This document shows positions 48,384 to 58,358 of a DNA stretch of 64,000 nucleotides, in pieces (positions within the stretch are counted from its first letter, which is position 1; each line of letters opens with the position of its first letter). Source of the DNA: Candidatus Dormiibacterota bacterium (lineage in GTDB: Bacteria > Chloroflexota > Dormibacteria > Aeolococcales > Aeolococcaceae); assembly GCA_963799005.1 (NCBI GenBank), contig CAWCVK010000001.1, positions 1,820,066-1,884,065 on the forward strand, in the 5' to 3' direction. Made by a program: the position numbers and the translations under genes. Below the pieces are notes generated by a model. It saw nothing but the letters and a program-made list of their open reading frames with translations, was not told where the DNA came from and ran no database searches.

Positions 48384-49469
48384 TTGCACGCGGGGCTCCG
48401 GGCTCTCACTGCAGCATGGAGTTCCCACTTGTCTCAGGACCTTCGCCGTCTCACCGCGCTCGGGTGGAACGGCTTCCTCGAATCGGCGTTCGGAGACGCC
48501 GCGCGCAACGGCCGCCGTGGCCTGGTCGTCCGCATCGACGGACCGGTCGTCACGCTCCTGACCGGCGCCGGCCAGGATCGTGTGCCGCTGGCGGCTGCGC
48601 TGTCCGGCGTCCCCGACGAAGGCGGCATCACCACCGGCGACTGGCTCGTCATCGAAGACGGCGTCGCCACGCATGTGCTCCCACGACGCAGCGTGTTGAT
48701 GCGTCGAGCTGCCGGAGTCGCCACCGCCGGCCAGGCGGTCGCAGCCAACATCGACCTGGTGCTCGTCACGGTCGCGCTCGGAGCGCCGCTCAGGCTCCGG
48801 CGGATTGAACGCGCGCTCGCGATGGCGTGGGCGAGTGGAGCAGCACCGGTTGTGCTGCTCACCAAATCCGACCTGAGCATCGATGTCGACGCCGATCTCC
48901 ACGCCGCACGTTCCGTGGCCGGAACCACCGAGGTCATCGCGGTCAGTGCATCCGGAGCGGGGCTGGCCCGCCTGCGCGAGGTGCTTCTCGAAGGCCTGGT
49001 CGCCGTCCTCGTCGGACCCAGCGGCACCGGTAAGTCGACGCTGGTCAACCTGCTCTCCGGCACCACCGCCCTGGCCACGGGCGAGGTGCGCGCGGACGGC
49101 AAGGGGCGGCACACGACCACGCGCCGGGAGCTGATCGAGCTCCCCGGAGGCGGGCTGATCATCGACACGCCGGGCACCCGCGAGCTTGGTCTCTGGGATG
49201 CGGGCGCAGGGATCGACGAGGTGTTCGGCGATCTCACCGAAGTTGCCGCGCAGTGTCGATTCCGGAACTGCCGGCACCAACAGGAACCCGGATGCGCGGT
49301 GCGTGCAGCCGCAGCCGCCGACCCGGGCGTGCTCGCGCGTCTCGAATCCAAGCGCAAGCTCGAACGCGAGCAGGAGCGCCTCGACAGCGCGCGTGACCTT
49401 CGCGCCAAGGCCGAGCAGCGTCGCGAGCTGCGCCGCCGGGCACGCGCCATGCGGCAGCGTTCACCCTGA
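48384..49469 (+). CDS. rsgA: ribosome small-subunit-dependent GTPase A
   Basis: 'LVGPSGTGKSTLVNLL', 'GRHTTTRREL', zinc knuckle 'CRFRNCRHQQEPGCAV'; start is TTG 48384 or TTG 48429. Confidence 0.9.
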   Translation: MHAGLRALTAAWSSHLSQDLRRLTALGWNGFLESAFGDAARNGRRGLVVRIDGPVVTLLTGAGQDRVPLAAALSGVPDEGGITTGDWLVIEDGVATHVLPRRSVLMRRAAGVATAGQAVAANIDLVLVTVALGAPLRLRRIERALAMAWASGAAPVVLLTKSDLSIDVDADLHAARSVAGTTEVIAVSASGAGLARLREVLLEGLVAVLVGPSGTGKSTLVNLLSGTTALATGEVRADGKGRHTTTRRELIELPGGGLIIDTPGTRELGLWDAGAGIDEVFGDLTEVAAQCRFRNCRHQQEPGCAVRAAAAADPGVLARLESKRKLEREQERLDSARDLRAKAEQRRELRRRARAMRQRSP

Positions 49470-49566
49470 CCGAGAGAGAGCGGGGCTCGAGCCGCTCGAT
49501 GAGCGCATCCGTGCGGTGGCCGGCGTCTGCCCGCGGCGCAGCCTCGCCGCATCGTGTTCTCGATCG

Positions 49567-51264
49567 TCAGGATGGTCCGCCGAAGCGCCGTTCCATGTCC
49601 GCGACCCAGGCGGCGAGCGTGCTGCGGTCGCCGATTCTGGGAAACAGCGGTTCGCCGGCCTTCAGGCTGCGGCCGGCGCGCAGCGTGAGCAGGGCCTCGC
49701 CGGCCGGCCCGGGCCACGAACGCTCGTCATCCTCGAGGCCGAGGGTTGCCGCAAGCCGCTCGCACGCAAATGGGACGAACGGAGCCGACACGACGGCCTC
49801 GATGCGCGCGACATTGATCGCGGTGCGCAGGATGCATGCGACCCGCCCCGCGTCAGTCTCGTGCCACGGGGCGCATCGATCGAGGTACTGGTTGCCGAGC
49901 GTCCAGAGACTGCGCAACGCGAACGCCGCGGGTCGGAAACGCATCGCGTCCATCTCGCCCGCGTACGCCGCCAGCGCCGCGTCGAGCGAGGCAGCCAACT
50001 CCGCCTCTGCCGGACCGGGCTCGCCGCCGTCGGGCACGGTCATCCCGAAGAGCTTTTCGGTCAACTTGAGCGTGCGTTGCACGAAGTTGCCGAAGATCCC
50101 GGCCAGGTCCTTGTTCACCGTGAGCGCGAAGCTTTCCCAGGTGAACTCGGTGTCGTCCGACTCCGGCGCCGAGGCGAGCAGCGCGTACCGCCAGTAGTCG
50201 GCCGGGAGCAGCTCGATCGCCGCGTCCATGAAAACGCCGCGCTGCTGGCTCGTTGAGAACTTGCCGCCGTAGTAGGTGAGGTAGTTGAAGCCCTTGACGT
50301 AGTCCACGAGCTTCCACGGTTCACCCGAACCCATGAGGGTGATCGGGAAGTTGATGGTATGAAAGGGGATGTTGTCCTTGCCGAGAAACTCGGTGTAGCG
50401 GACGTCGCGGGCATCGAACCACCAGGAGCGCCAATCCCGGTTCTCCGGATCGAGGTCCGCCCACTCCTTGGTCGCACCGATGTACTCGATCGGCGCGTCG
50501 AACCACACGTAGAAGACCTTGCCCTCGAATCCCGGCCATCCCACCGGGATGCCCCATTTGAGGTCGCGGGTGATGCTCCGATCCTCGAGGCCGACATTGA
50601 GCCAGTTGCGCGCGATCGACGACACCAGGATCGGCCAGTCGGTGTGCGAGTCGATCCACGCGCGAACCCGGTCCGCCATCAGCGACTGGCGGATGAACAG
50701 GTGGCGCGTGGCGCGCACCTCCAGCCGGGTGCTGCCCGAGATCGCCGACCTCGGGTTGATCAGATCCGACGGCTCCAGCAGCCGCGCGCAGTTCTCACAC
50801 TGATCGCCGTTGGCGCGCTCGTACCCGCAATGCGGGCAGGTCCCGATGATGTAGCGATCCGGCAGGAAGCGCTCGTCGTCGAGCGAGTACACCTGGTCGG
50901 TGACCCGCTCTTCGACCATGCCGTGGTCTCGAAGCTGCTCGGCGAAGTGCCGGGTGAGCTCCGCGTTCTGGGGCGAGGAGCTGCGCCCGAAGTGATCGAA
51001 CGAGAGCCCGTACCGCCGGGAGAGGTCCGCCTGGATCTCGTGCTGCTCGGCGCAGTACTCGGCGACGCTGAGCCCCGCGGCGGCGGCGGCGAGCTCCGCC
51101 GGCGTGCCGTGCTCATCGGTGGCGCAGATGAAGAGGACCTCGTGGCCACGCAGGCGCATGTGGCGCGCGTACACGTCGGCGGGGAGCATCGACCCGACCA
51201 GGTTGCCGAGGTGCTTGACCCCGTTGATATACGGCAAGGCGCTCGTGATGAGATGGCGACCCAT
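49567..51264 (-). CDS. metG: methionine--tRNA ligase
   Basis: '[17 protein letters not shown]', Zn knuckle '[17 protein letters not shown]', '[12 protein letters not shown]'. Confidence 0.96.
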   Translation of the reverse strand: MGRHLITSALPYINGVKHLGNLVGSMLPADVYARHMRLRGHEVLFICATDEHGTPAELAAAAAGLSVAEYCAEQHEIQADLSRRYGLSFDHFGRSSSPQNAELTRHFAEQLRDHGMVEERVTDQVYSLDDERFLPDRYIIGTCPHCGYERANGDQCENCARLLEPSDLINPRSAISGSTRLEVRATRHLFIRQSLMADRVRAWIDSHTDWPILVSSIARNWLNVGLEDRSITRDLKWGIPVGWPGFEGKVFYVWFDAPIEYIGATKEWADLDPENRDWRSWWFDARDVRYTEFLGKDNIPFHTINFPITLMGSGEPWKLVDYVKGFNYLTYYGGKFSTSQQRGVFMDAAIELLPADYWRYALLASAPESDDTEFTWESFALTVNKDLAGIFGNFVQRTLKLTEKLFGMTVPDGGEPGPAEAELAASLDAALAAYAGEMDAMRFRPAAFALRSLWTLGNQYLDRCAPWHETDAGRVACILRTAINVARIEAVVSAPFVPFACERLAATLGLEDDERSWPGPAGEALLTLRAGRSLKAGEPLFPRIGDRSTLAAWVADMERRFGGPS

Positions 51265-51354
51265 CGGCGCATCCTACAAGGGGTGCGATCGCCGCTCCCC
51301 GTCTGACCCGGTGACCTGCTGGTACGCTGCGGCTATGCGAGCACCGGGCCTCCG

Positions 51355-52416
51355 GTGAAGGGGCTCATCCTCAGCGGCGGCAAGGGGACGCGGCTGCGGC
51401 CGATCACCCACACCGGCGCGAAGCAACTCATCCCGGTCGCCAACCGGCCGATCCTCTTCTATGCCATCGATGCGCTGACCCAGGCCGGCATCCACGAGAT
51501 CGGGATCATCGTCGGGGACACCGCCGACGAGGTTCGCGCGGCGGTCGGCGACGGGTCGAAGTTCGGCGCCGAGGTGACCTTCATCGCCCAGGAGGCGCCG
51601 CTGGGGCTCGCCCACGCGGTGGGCATCGCGCGCGACTTCCTCGACGGGGACAGCTTCGTGATGTATCTGGGCGACAACCTGATCGCCCAGGGGATCGGCA
51701 CGCTTGTCGACGAGTTCCAGCGCTCCGCGGCCGACACCATGATCCTGCTGGCCCGGGTTCCCGAGCCGCAGCGATTCGGGGTCGCGGAGCTCGAGGACGG
51801 CCGGGTGATCTCCCTCGTCGAGAAGCCGTCGGTGCCGCGCTCCGACCTCGCGTTGGTCGGCGTCTATCTGTTCTCGCCACTGATCTTCGAGGCCATCGAC
51901 GCGATCGAGCCCAGCTCGCGCGGCGAGCTCGAGATCACCGACGCCATTCAGCGGATGATCGACACGGGCAAGCGCGTCCTGCCGCACATCATCGAGGGGT
52001 GGTGGAAGGACACCGGACGCCTTGACGACATCCTCGAGGCCAATCGAATGATCCTCGACACCCTCGATGCCCGCTGCGACGGCATCGTCGGCGAGGACGT
52101 CCGCCTCCACGGCAAGGTGGTGGTGGAGGAGGGAGCGACGCTGCGCAACTGCGTGGTTCGGGGACCGGCGATCATCGGCAGCGGCACCATCGTCGACAAC
52201 GCCTACATCGGCCCGTTCACGTCCATCTATTTCGACTGCGTGGTGCGCAATGCGGAGATCGAGAACAGCATCGTCCTCGAGGGCACGCGGATCCACGACG
52301 TGGCCGGCAAGATCGACGGGTCGCTGATCGGCAAGGAGTGCGAGGTGTGCAAGTCGCCGTCGCGGCCGACCGCGGTGCGTCTGATGCTCGGCGACCATTC
52401 GCGAGTCGAGCTCTGA
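51355..52416 (+). CDS. rmlA: glucose-1-phosphate thymidylyltransferase, long form with C-terminal LbH domain
   Basis: 'LILSGGKGTRLRPIT', 'VSLVEKP', and hexapeptide repeats at the C-terminus. Confidence 0.85.
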   Translation: MKGLILSGGKGTRLRPITHTGAKQLIPVANRPILFYAIDALTQAGIHEIGIIVGDTADEVRAAVGDGSKFGAEVTFIAQEAPLGLAHAVGIARDFLDGDSFVMYLGDNLIAQGIGTLVDEFQRSAADTMILLARVPEPQRFGVAELEDGRVISLVEKPSVPRSDLALVGVYLFSPLIFEAIDAIEPSSRGELEITDAIQRMIDTGKRVLPHIIEGWWKDTGRLDDILEANRMILDTLDARCDGIVGEDVRLHGKVVVEEGATLRNCVVRGPAIIGSGTIVDNAYIGPFTSIYFDCVVRNAEIENSIVLEGTRIHDVAGKIDGSLIGKECEVCKSPSRPTAVRLMLGDHSRVEL

Positions 52417-52468
52417 GGGCTGCCGTGGCCGGCGAGTCCGCGGTCGGTCCGTCTCGCGGTGAGCAGCG

Positions 52469-53326
52469 CTGAGGTACCTGGTACTCGGCGCGCCCGGCCA
52501 GCTCGGCGGTGACCTCGTCGACGAGGGCACGCGTCGTGGTCACGACATGATCGGCCTCACCCACGCGGAGTGCGACGTCACCGACGGCGCCGCGGTCGCG
52601 GGTGCCATCGATCACTGGCGGCCGGTCGCGGTCATCAACTGCGCAGCGTGGACGCGAGTCGATGCCGCCGAAGAGCACGAGGCAGAGGCGGAGGCGGTGA
52701 ACGCCACCGGTGCCGGTCTCGTCGCCGCCGCGTGCGCGGCGGCGGGCGTTCGCTGCTGTCATGTGAGCACCGACTACGTTTTCGACGGCACCGCGACGTC
52801 GCCCATCCCCGAGGACGCGGCGGCCGCGCCGCTCTCGGCGTACGGACGGACCAAGTGGCACGGTGAGGTGGCGGTCCGGGCGCAGTGCGCCGATCACCTC
52901 ATCGTGCGCACCGGGTGGCTCTACGGCCGGCGGGGTCCGAACTTCGTGCTGACCATGCTGCGCCTCGCCGCCGAGCACCGCCCGCTTCGCGTCGTGGCGG
53001 ACCAGCACGGGGCGCCGACGTGGACGGGGCACCTGGCGCCCGCGATGCTCCGGCTGGTCGAGATCGGCCCTCCCGGCACCTATCACCTCACCAATGGCGG
53101 GGTCACCACCTGGTACGACCTGGCGGTGGCGGCGCTCGGCGCTCGCGGTCTTCCGGTCGACGCGGTGCCGATCACCACCGCGGAGTACCCGACACCGGCG
53201 GTTCGCCCCGCGTACTCGGTGCTCGAGAACCGAGCGTGGCATGACCTCGGCGAAAGGCCGCTGCCCGAGTGGCAGGACGGACTCACCGCCTACCTGGGGA
53301 CCTTCGAGACCGCGGGATCGCGCTGA
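52469..53326 (+). CDS. rmlD: dTDP-4-dehydrorhamnose reductase (5' end unresolved)
   Basis: 'SAYGRTKWHGE' (YxxxK). Rossmann motif 'RYLVLGAPGQLG' is encoded in frame upstream of the first ATG (52547), with only CTG codons available. GTG 52459 is one base out of frame. Confidence 0.75.
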   Translation: MRYLVLGAPGQLGGDLVDEGTRRGHDMIGLTHAECDVTDGAAVAGAIDHWRPVAVINCAAWTRVDAAEEHEAEAEAVNATGAGLVAAACAAAGVRCCHVSTDYVFDGTATSPIPEDAAAAPLSAYGRTKWHGEVAVRAQCADHLIVRTGWLYGRRGPNFVLTMLRLAAEHRPLRVVADQHGAPTWTGHLAPAMLRLVEIGPPGTYHLTNGGVTTWYDLAVAALGARGLPVDAVPITTAEYPTPAVRPAYSVLENRAWHDLGERPLPEWQDGLTAYLGTFETAGSR

Positions 53327-53327
53327 A

Positions 53328-53723
53328 TCAGTCCTCGGACTGGGGCTCGGTGCGCTTGTCCGCGCTCACGTACAGCAGGCCGCCGAAGAGTCCGACGTTC
53401 TTCAGGAAGTGCACGAGTTGACCGCGCCGATCCTCCGGGGTCTCGGACTTCCAGAAGGGATGACCGACCAGCGTGTTGGGGATCATCGTGAGCGCGAGGA
53501 CGCGGGCCGACGTCTTCGGCAGGATGCCGAGGGCGAGGGTCGACCCGGCGACCATCATGGTTGCCCCGTGGGCCCTGGCGACCATCGGGTCCTCGGGGAG
53601 CATCGGCACCGCAGCCGCGGCTCGCTTCGCATAGCGCTCGGCGTTGTTGACCATCCCATAGCCGGAGTAGACGAAGATCCCCGAGATGCAGAGGCGGCCG
53701 GCGGTTCGTATGAGCGTTCGCAT
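53328..53723 (-). CDS. DoxX-family membrane protein (second paralogue)
   Basis: 'RLCISGIFVYSGYGMV' and 'HFLKNVGLFGGLL'; 131 aa. Confidence 0.7.
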   Translation of the reverse strand: MRTLIRTAGRLCISGIFVYSGYGMVNNAERYAKRAAAAVPMLPEDPMVARAHGATMMVAGSTLALGILPKTSARVLALTMIPNTLVGHPFWKSETPEDRRGQLVHFLKNVGLFGGLLYVSADKRTEPQSED

Positions 53724-53817
53724 GGTCCAAGACTCTAGGTCACTCGGACGGCGCGAGCGGTCGCGCGCCCGGGCGTGCAGAATGGCGCACCTGCGTCCAC
53801 CGTCCAGGGGTACTTTC

Positions 53818-54031
53818 ATGGCTGAGAGCGTCTACCGAGTTCACCGAGCTGGTTGGGACCAGCGCCGAGTCCTGGGAGAAGGCAGCCCAGCTCGCGATCG
53901 AGACCGCATCCTCATCGCTGCGCGACCTCCGCATCGCCGAGGTCGTCAAGCTCGACCTGACGGTCGAGAACGGCAAGGTCGCGCGATTCCGCACGAGGCT
54001 CAACGTCAGCTTCAAGTACGAGAACGAGTAG
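53818..54031 (+). pseudogene. dodecin (flavin-binding) with a 1-nt frame break at about 53842
   Basis: ATG 53818 gives 'MAESVYRV'. One base later the next frame reads 'TELVGTSAESWEKAAQLAIETASSSLRDLRIAEVVKLDLTVENGKVARFRTRLNVSFKYENE*'. This gene is not in the ORF track. Confidence 0.7.
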
Positions 54032-54067
54032 CGGCACTCGCTCGGTTTTCGCGCATAGTTCGCGCCG

Positions 54068-54940
54068 ATGTCCGCGCGTCACCCGCCGCCGGTCGTGCCC
54101 TCGACCTTCACGACTCGCGGCCATCGCCTGGCCTACACCGCGTTTGGTGAAGGCAAGCGCTGGGTGCTGCTCATGCCGGGGCTGCTCATCCCGGCGTTGA
54201 TGCAGGAGCATCTCGCCATCGCGCTCGCTGCGAGCGGCGCCCACGTGCTCACCCTCGACCCGCTCGGCCACGGTCGCTCCGACCGCCCCAACAGCATGGG
54301 GGAGTACTCGATCGAATCATTCGCGAGCGACGCGATCGCGCTGCTGGACCACCTCGATGTCGACGAGGCGGTGATCGGCGGCACGTCGCTGGGAGCGAAC
54401 GTGACGCTGGAGATCGCGCACGCGGCGCCGCAGCGGGTGCGCGGCATGATCATCGAGATGCCGGTGCTCGAGAACGCGCTCGTGGCTTCGGTGATCGCGT
54501 TCGGCCCGCTCCTCGTGGCCCTGCATTTCGGCCAGCGCCTGATGCGACCGGTCGCCGCGGGGCTACGCCGGCTCCCGCGGAGCCTGGTGCCGTTCTGGGG
54601 CAATGTGGCGCTTGACGTCGTCCGTCAAGACCCCGGGCCGAGCGCCGCGCTGCTCCAGGGGTTGTTCTTCAGTCACATCGCCCCGTACAGCGCGCAGCGG
54701 CGCGAGCTGACCATGCCGGCGCTGGTGATCGGTCATCACATCGACCCGGTGCATCCCTTCTCAGACGCCGGCGTGCTCACCGGCGAACTGCCCCACGCAC
54801 GCCTGGTCGAGGCGTCGAACATCCTCGAGCTGCGCTTCCGACCGGCTCGGCTCACCGCCGAGATCGCCGGATTTGTCGCGGAGTGCTGGTCGCCGCGGGC
54901 GGTCGTCAAGCCGCGCCGTCAGCGCCGTCACACTGCCTGA
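54068..54940 (+). CDS. alpha/beta-fold hydrolase
   Basis: 'LLMPGLL', nucleophile elbow 'GGTSLGANV', 'DPLGHGRSD'. Confidence 0.85.
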   Translation: MSARHPPPVVPSTFTTRGHRLAYTAFGEGKRWVLLMPGLLIPALMQEHLAIALAASGAHVLTLDPLGHGRSDRPNSMGEYSIESFASDAIALLDHLDVDEAVIGGTSLGANVTLEIAHAAPQRVRGMIIEMPVLENALVASVIAFGPLLVALHFGQRLMRPVAAGLRRLPRSLVPFWGNVALDVVRQDPGPSAALLQGLFFSHIAPYSAQRRELTMPALVIGHHIDPVHPFSDAGVLTGELPHARLVEASNILELRFRPARLTAEIAGFVAECWSPRAVVKPRRQRRHTA

Positions 54941-54950
54941 GGTTAGGCTG

Positions 54951-55967
54951 ATGCCCGAGATGTCGCCGACCGCTGCCCCACGCCCGCGCGTCCTGAGCGG
55001 CATCCAGCCGGACTTCGGTCTGCACCTCGGCAACTACCTCGGCGCGCTGCGCAACTGGGCGCGCGACCAGGACCGGTTCGAGAACTACTTCTGCATCGTC
55101 GACCTGCATGCGCTGACCCAGCACCCGGACCCGGAGCGGCTGCGCTCGCTCACCCTGGAGCTGGCGGCGATGTACATCGCCTGCGGCCTGGACCCCGAGC
55201 GCTGCGAGATCTTCGTCCAGTCGCACGTACCGGCGCACACGCAGCTCTGCTGGATTCTGGAGACGCTCACTCCGATGGGCTGGCTCGACCGGATGACCCA
55301 GTTCAAGGCGCGCGTCCAGGCCCAGGGACGCGAGCGGATCAACACCGGGGTCTTCACCTACCCGGTGCTCATGGCGGCGGACATCCTCCTGTACGACGCC
55401 GACTTCGTCCCCGTGGGCGAGGATCAGCGCCAGCACATCGAGCTCTGCCGCGACCTCGCCAACCGCCTCAACTCGCAGCGCGGCGATGTGTTCAAGGTGC
55501 CCGCAGCCCTGATCGGCGAGGTGGGCGCTCGGGTCATGGGGCTCGACACGCCCGAGGAGAAGATGAGCAAGAGCATCGCCGTGGAGCGTCCGGGGCATGC
55601 CGTGCTGATGCTCGATCCGCCGGAGGTGGTGCGCCGCAAGATCGCTCGCGCCACCACGGACACCGAGCCGGCGGTCCACAAACCGCTTGGAGCAGGAGTC
55701 GCCAATCTCCTCGAGATCTATGCGGCCCTCCATGAGATCAGCGCCGACGTGGCTCTGGAGGCCTTCGAAGGCAAGACCTACAGCGTCCTGAAGGGTGCCG
55801 TCGCCGATGCAGTCGTCGACGCGCTCGGCCCCATCCAGGCGCGATACGCGGAGGTGCGCGATGATGAGACCGGCCTCCGCCGCGTGCTCGCGGATTCCGC
55901 CGCTCGGGTGCGTGTCGTGGCCGAAGCGACGTTGCAGCGGGTGCAGGAGGCAGTGGGCCTGCGCTGA
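54951..55967 (+). CDS. trpS: tryptophan--tRNA ligase
   Basis: 'SGIQPDFGLHLGNYLGAL', 'PVGEDQRQHIEL', 'KMSKS'. Confidence 0.95.
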   Translation: MPEMSPTAAPRPRVLSGIQPDFGLHLGNYLGALRNWARDQDRFENYFCIVDLHALTQHPDPERLRSLTLELAAMYIACGLDPERCEIFVQSHVPAHTQLCWILETLTPMGWLDRMTQFKARVQAQGRERINTGVFTYPVLMAADILLYDADFVPVGEDQRQHIELCRDLANRLNSQRGDVFKVPAALIGEVGARVMGLDTPEEKMSKSIAVERPGHAVLMLDPPEVVRRKIARATTDTEPAVHKPLGAGVANLLEIYAALHEISADVALEAFEGKTYSVLKGAVADAVVDALGPIQARYAEVRDDETGLRRVLADSAARVRVVAEATLQRVQEAVGLR

Positions 55968-55970
55968 CCG

Positions 55971-57080
55971 TTACGAGGTGGCGGCGTCGACCTCCTCGAG
56001 CATCGCGTGCACCTCGGGTTTCGCGAAATGGAGCCGAGCGGGTTCGAGCAGATCGATGAGGCGGGCGGCGAGGCCGGCCTTGGCGTCCATCGGATGCAGT
56101 GAGCCACCGACGTATGCGGCGATCACCTCATCGTTTGATTCGAAGCTGACCCGTCCGCCGTTGGCCTCCGACCGTTCGACGACGAAGGGACCCCGGGCGA
56201 TATCGAAGACGAGCTTCTCGATCCAGTCGAGGATCGGATTGAACGTGACCTCGCCGGGCGGGCAGAACGCCTTCCTGATCTTGCCCGTGATCTCGTCGGG
56301 ACTGTCATGAACGAACACGGCGGACCCGGGGTCGCTCTTGCTCATCTTCATCGCCGCGAACACGTCGCGCGCCAACTCCGGCGGCACCGGCCACACCGGT
56401 GGACGGCGGAGGCCGAGCAGCAGCGGGTGATGCAGCGCCACCGGCTTCATCGGAGCCCCGTCGACGCCGCGAAGTGTGTGGATGCGCATCTGCATGGCCA
56501 CGTCCCGGGCGATCACGTGCGCCTTGCGCTGATCCATCCCTGCGTGGGCGATGTGCGCACCGAGCGCGAAGATGTCCGCCGCCTGCATCGCCGGGTAGAT
56601 GAGCTTGGCGAAATCGACACTCTCGCGTTCCTGGCGGCCGAGGATGCTGATGCTGCGCTGCATCCGCGCCAGCGTCGTGTTCTTGCTCACCTCGATCACC
56701 GTCGCCCAGTACTCGTCGTCGTCCCGGTACAGGTCCGACGCGAGCACGAACTCAGCCGAATCGGGATCGCCGTCGACGCACAGGAGCGAGGCGCGGAACG
56801 CCTCGGTGAAGTAGCCGGTCGCGATCCGGCGGATCAACTCGCGGTCGCCACCGAGCTTGTCGTTGATCCAGGTGTGCCAGTCGGCGAGCAGGATCGAACA
56901 GTGCACTCCCGCCGCGGTGAGGTCGCGCACCTTGGCCATGCTCATCAGCCCGGTGCCGAGGTGCGCCTTGCCGGAGATCTCGAATCCGATGTAATGCCGA
57001 ACCTCGAGGCCGGCGTCCATCAGCGGCCGCAGCTCGTCGGCGCCGATGACCTCGGCGGTGTTGCGCTCGACGAGCGCCAT
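55971..57080 (-). CDS. tyrS: tyrosine--tRNA ligase, archaeal/eukaryal type
   Basis: Block-wise colinear with remembered M. jannaschii TyrRS: 'VERNTAEVIGADEL', 'YIGFEISGKAHLG', 'ILLADWHTWIN', 'YPAMQAADI', 'AGMDQRKAHVIARD', 'KMSKSD', 'SLHPMDAKAGLA'. Alternative GTG start at 57098. Confidence 0.85.
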   Translation of the reverse strand: MALVERNTAEVIGADELRPLMDAGLEVRHYIGFEISGKAHLGTGLMSMAKVRDLTAAGVHCSILLADWHTWINDKLGGDRELIRRIATGYFTEAFRASLLCVDGDPDSAEFVLASDLYRDDDEYWATVIEVSKNTTLARMQRSISILGRQERESVDFAKLIYPAMQAADIFALGAHIAHAGMDQRKAHVIARDVAMQMRIHTLRGVDGAPMKPVALHHPLLLGLRRPPVWPVPPELARDVFAAMKMSKSDPGSAVFVHDSPDEITGKIRKAFCPPGEVTFNPILDWIEKLVFDIARGPFVVERSEANGGRVSFESNDEVIAAYVGGSLHPMDAKAGLAARLIDLLEPARLHFAKPEVHAMLEEVDAATS

Positions 57081-57136
57081 GCGTTCAGCGGTGGTCACGG
57101 CCGCTGAGTGTGCCAGACGAGCGTCAGGCGGTGAGG

Positions 57137-57475
57137 TCAGTCGTCGTGGGTGTCGTCGTACGCGACGCGGTGGGGCGCGACCTCGTCGAGGAGATCGGCT
57201 TCCCAATCGAGCAGCGCGTCATGCAGCCGGGCGGTGTTGCGTGCCTGCCAGAGGGCCGCTGGAGCGGGAACGGGCAGGACCACCTCGAGCTCCGCGAGCT
57301 GCCGCCACATGTCGGGTGGCACCTGGCGGTCGCGTTGCAGGTTGTGGTTCTCGACGCTGTCGAGGACGCGTTCGAGCCGCTGAATGTGCTGGATGCGCAG
57401 CCTGCGGCGTGCCTTTGCGTCTTCGGCGCGCGCCCTCGCCGCGTCCATGTCGGTGATTGCGCCTTGGAAGCTCAT
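57137..57475 (-). CDS. hypothetical protein
   Basis: 112 aa with strong GC3 bias, helical and charged; no family recognised. Confidence 0.45.
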   Translation of the reverse strand: MSFQGAITDMDAARARAEDAKARRRLRIQHIQRLERVLDSVENHNLQRDRQVPPDMWRQLAELEVVLPVPAPAALWQARNTARLHDALLDWEADLLDEVAPHRVAYDDTHDD

Positions 57476-57576
57476 TTCGCTTGTCGTCTCACGTGATGCC
57501 TTCGCTGATCAGGTTATCCAGCCTGTCATACAAGTAAACGGAGCAGGGTTACGGTCGGATTACGGACTCAGCGGCG

Positions 57577-58290
57577 TCAAGGTTCCGGATTGGACATTTC
57601 GTCAATCCGCTCGCCCTCGATGTGGCGATGGCGCACCTCCCCTCGCAGGATCGTGACAGCGCCCGGGCCGAACACCTCCCATCTGCCGTCGCGGAGGACG
57701 GCGGCGGTGCGCTCGTCGATGCCGATGACCTGTGCTTCCCGGACGAGGCCCTCCTGCGCCCAGGGGATCCAGGCGTCACCGAGGACGTCGAAGTGGGGGA
57801 GGATCGCGCACCCCGGGACCAGGCCGAGCGCTTCGACCGAGCGCTCGTCGACCTCGCCCGGCCAGGTGGTCTGGACGAGGCACCACTCGCACAGTGCCAT
57901 CGCGCCGGCGGACGACCCGGCGAGCGCCGCACCGGCCCGCCAGGCCGAGGCGATCGCCTTCCAGACAGGGCTTGCTCGAAGGACCTCGACGACCCACCCG
58001 GGGTCGCCGCCGGCGATGTAGACGAGCCCGGCCCCGGCGGCCTCGGCCACGACATCAGGGGACCTGGCGTCGTCCTTGGTGCGGACGCGCAGCTCGCGCA
58101 CGTCGAGGCTCAGGCTCGCGAACCAGCGTCGCGCCGCCTCGACTGCTCCCGACGCGAAGTCCTGCGCCGCGGTCGCCACCACGTACGCGGGCCGGCCGGC
58201 GCACGCGTCGCGAAGTATCTCGTCCTGATGCTCGTTGCCGGGGTGGAACTCATCGCCGCCGACGAGAGCGAGTGGGCCGTACATGTGCAA
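57577..58290 (-). CDS. peptidase S51 / cyanophycinase-like class I glutamine-amidotransferase-fold protein
   Basis: 'LALVGGDEF', 'LVYIAGGDP', nucleophile 'LAGSSAGAMAL'. Confidence 0.75.
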   Translation of the reverse strand: MHMYGPLALVGGDEFHPGNEHQDEILRDACAGRPAYVVATAAQDFASGAVEAARRWFASLSLDVRELRVRTKDDARSPDVVAEAAGAGLVYIAGGDPGWVVEVLRASPVWKAIASAWRAGAALAGSSAGAMALCEWCLVQTTWPGEVDERSVEALGLVPGCAILPHFDVLGDAWIPWAQEGLVREAQVIGIDERTAAVLRDGRWEVFGPGAVTILRGEVRHRHIEGERIDEMSNPEP

Positions 58291-58358
58291 GCCACAGTCT
58301 CCACCCTTCGATCAAAAGAGGCGCGTCGGGTGCTTCCCCCTACACTCTCAGCGCGCTC

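Noticed and set aside
38238-53723. Two DoxX paralogues and two DUF1905/YdeI paralogues as recent duplications or repeats
   Set aside because: The protein sequences are clearly divergent and no nucleotide-level repeat is visible. These are ordinary paralogy, not a repeat element.
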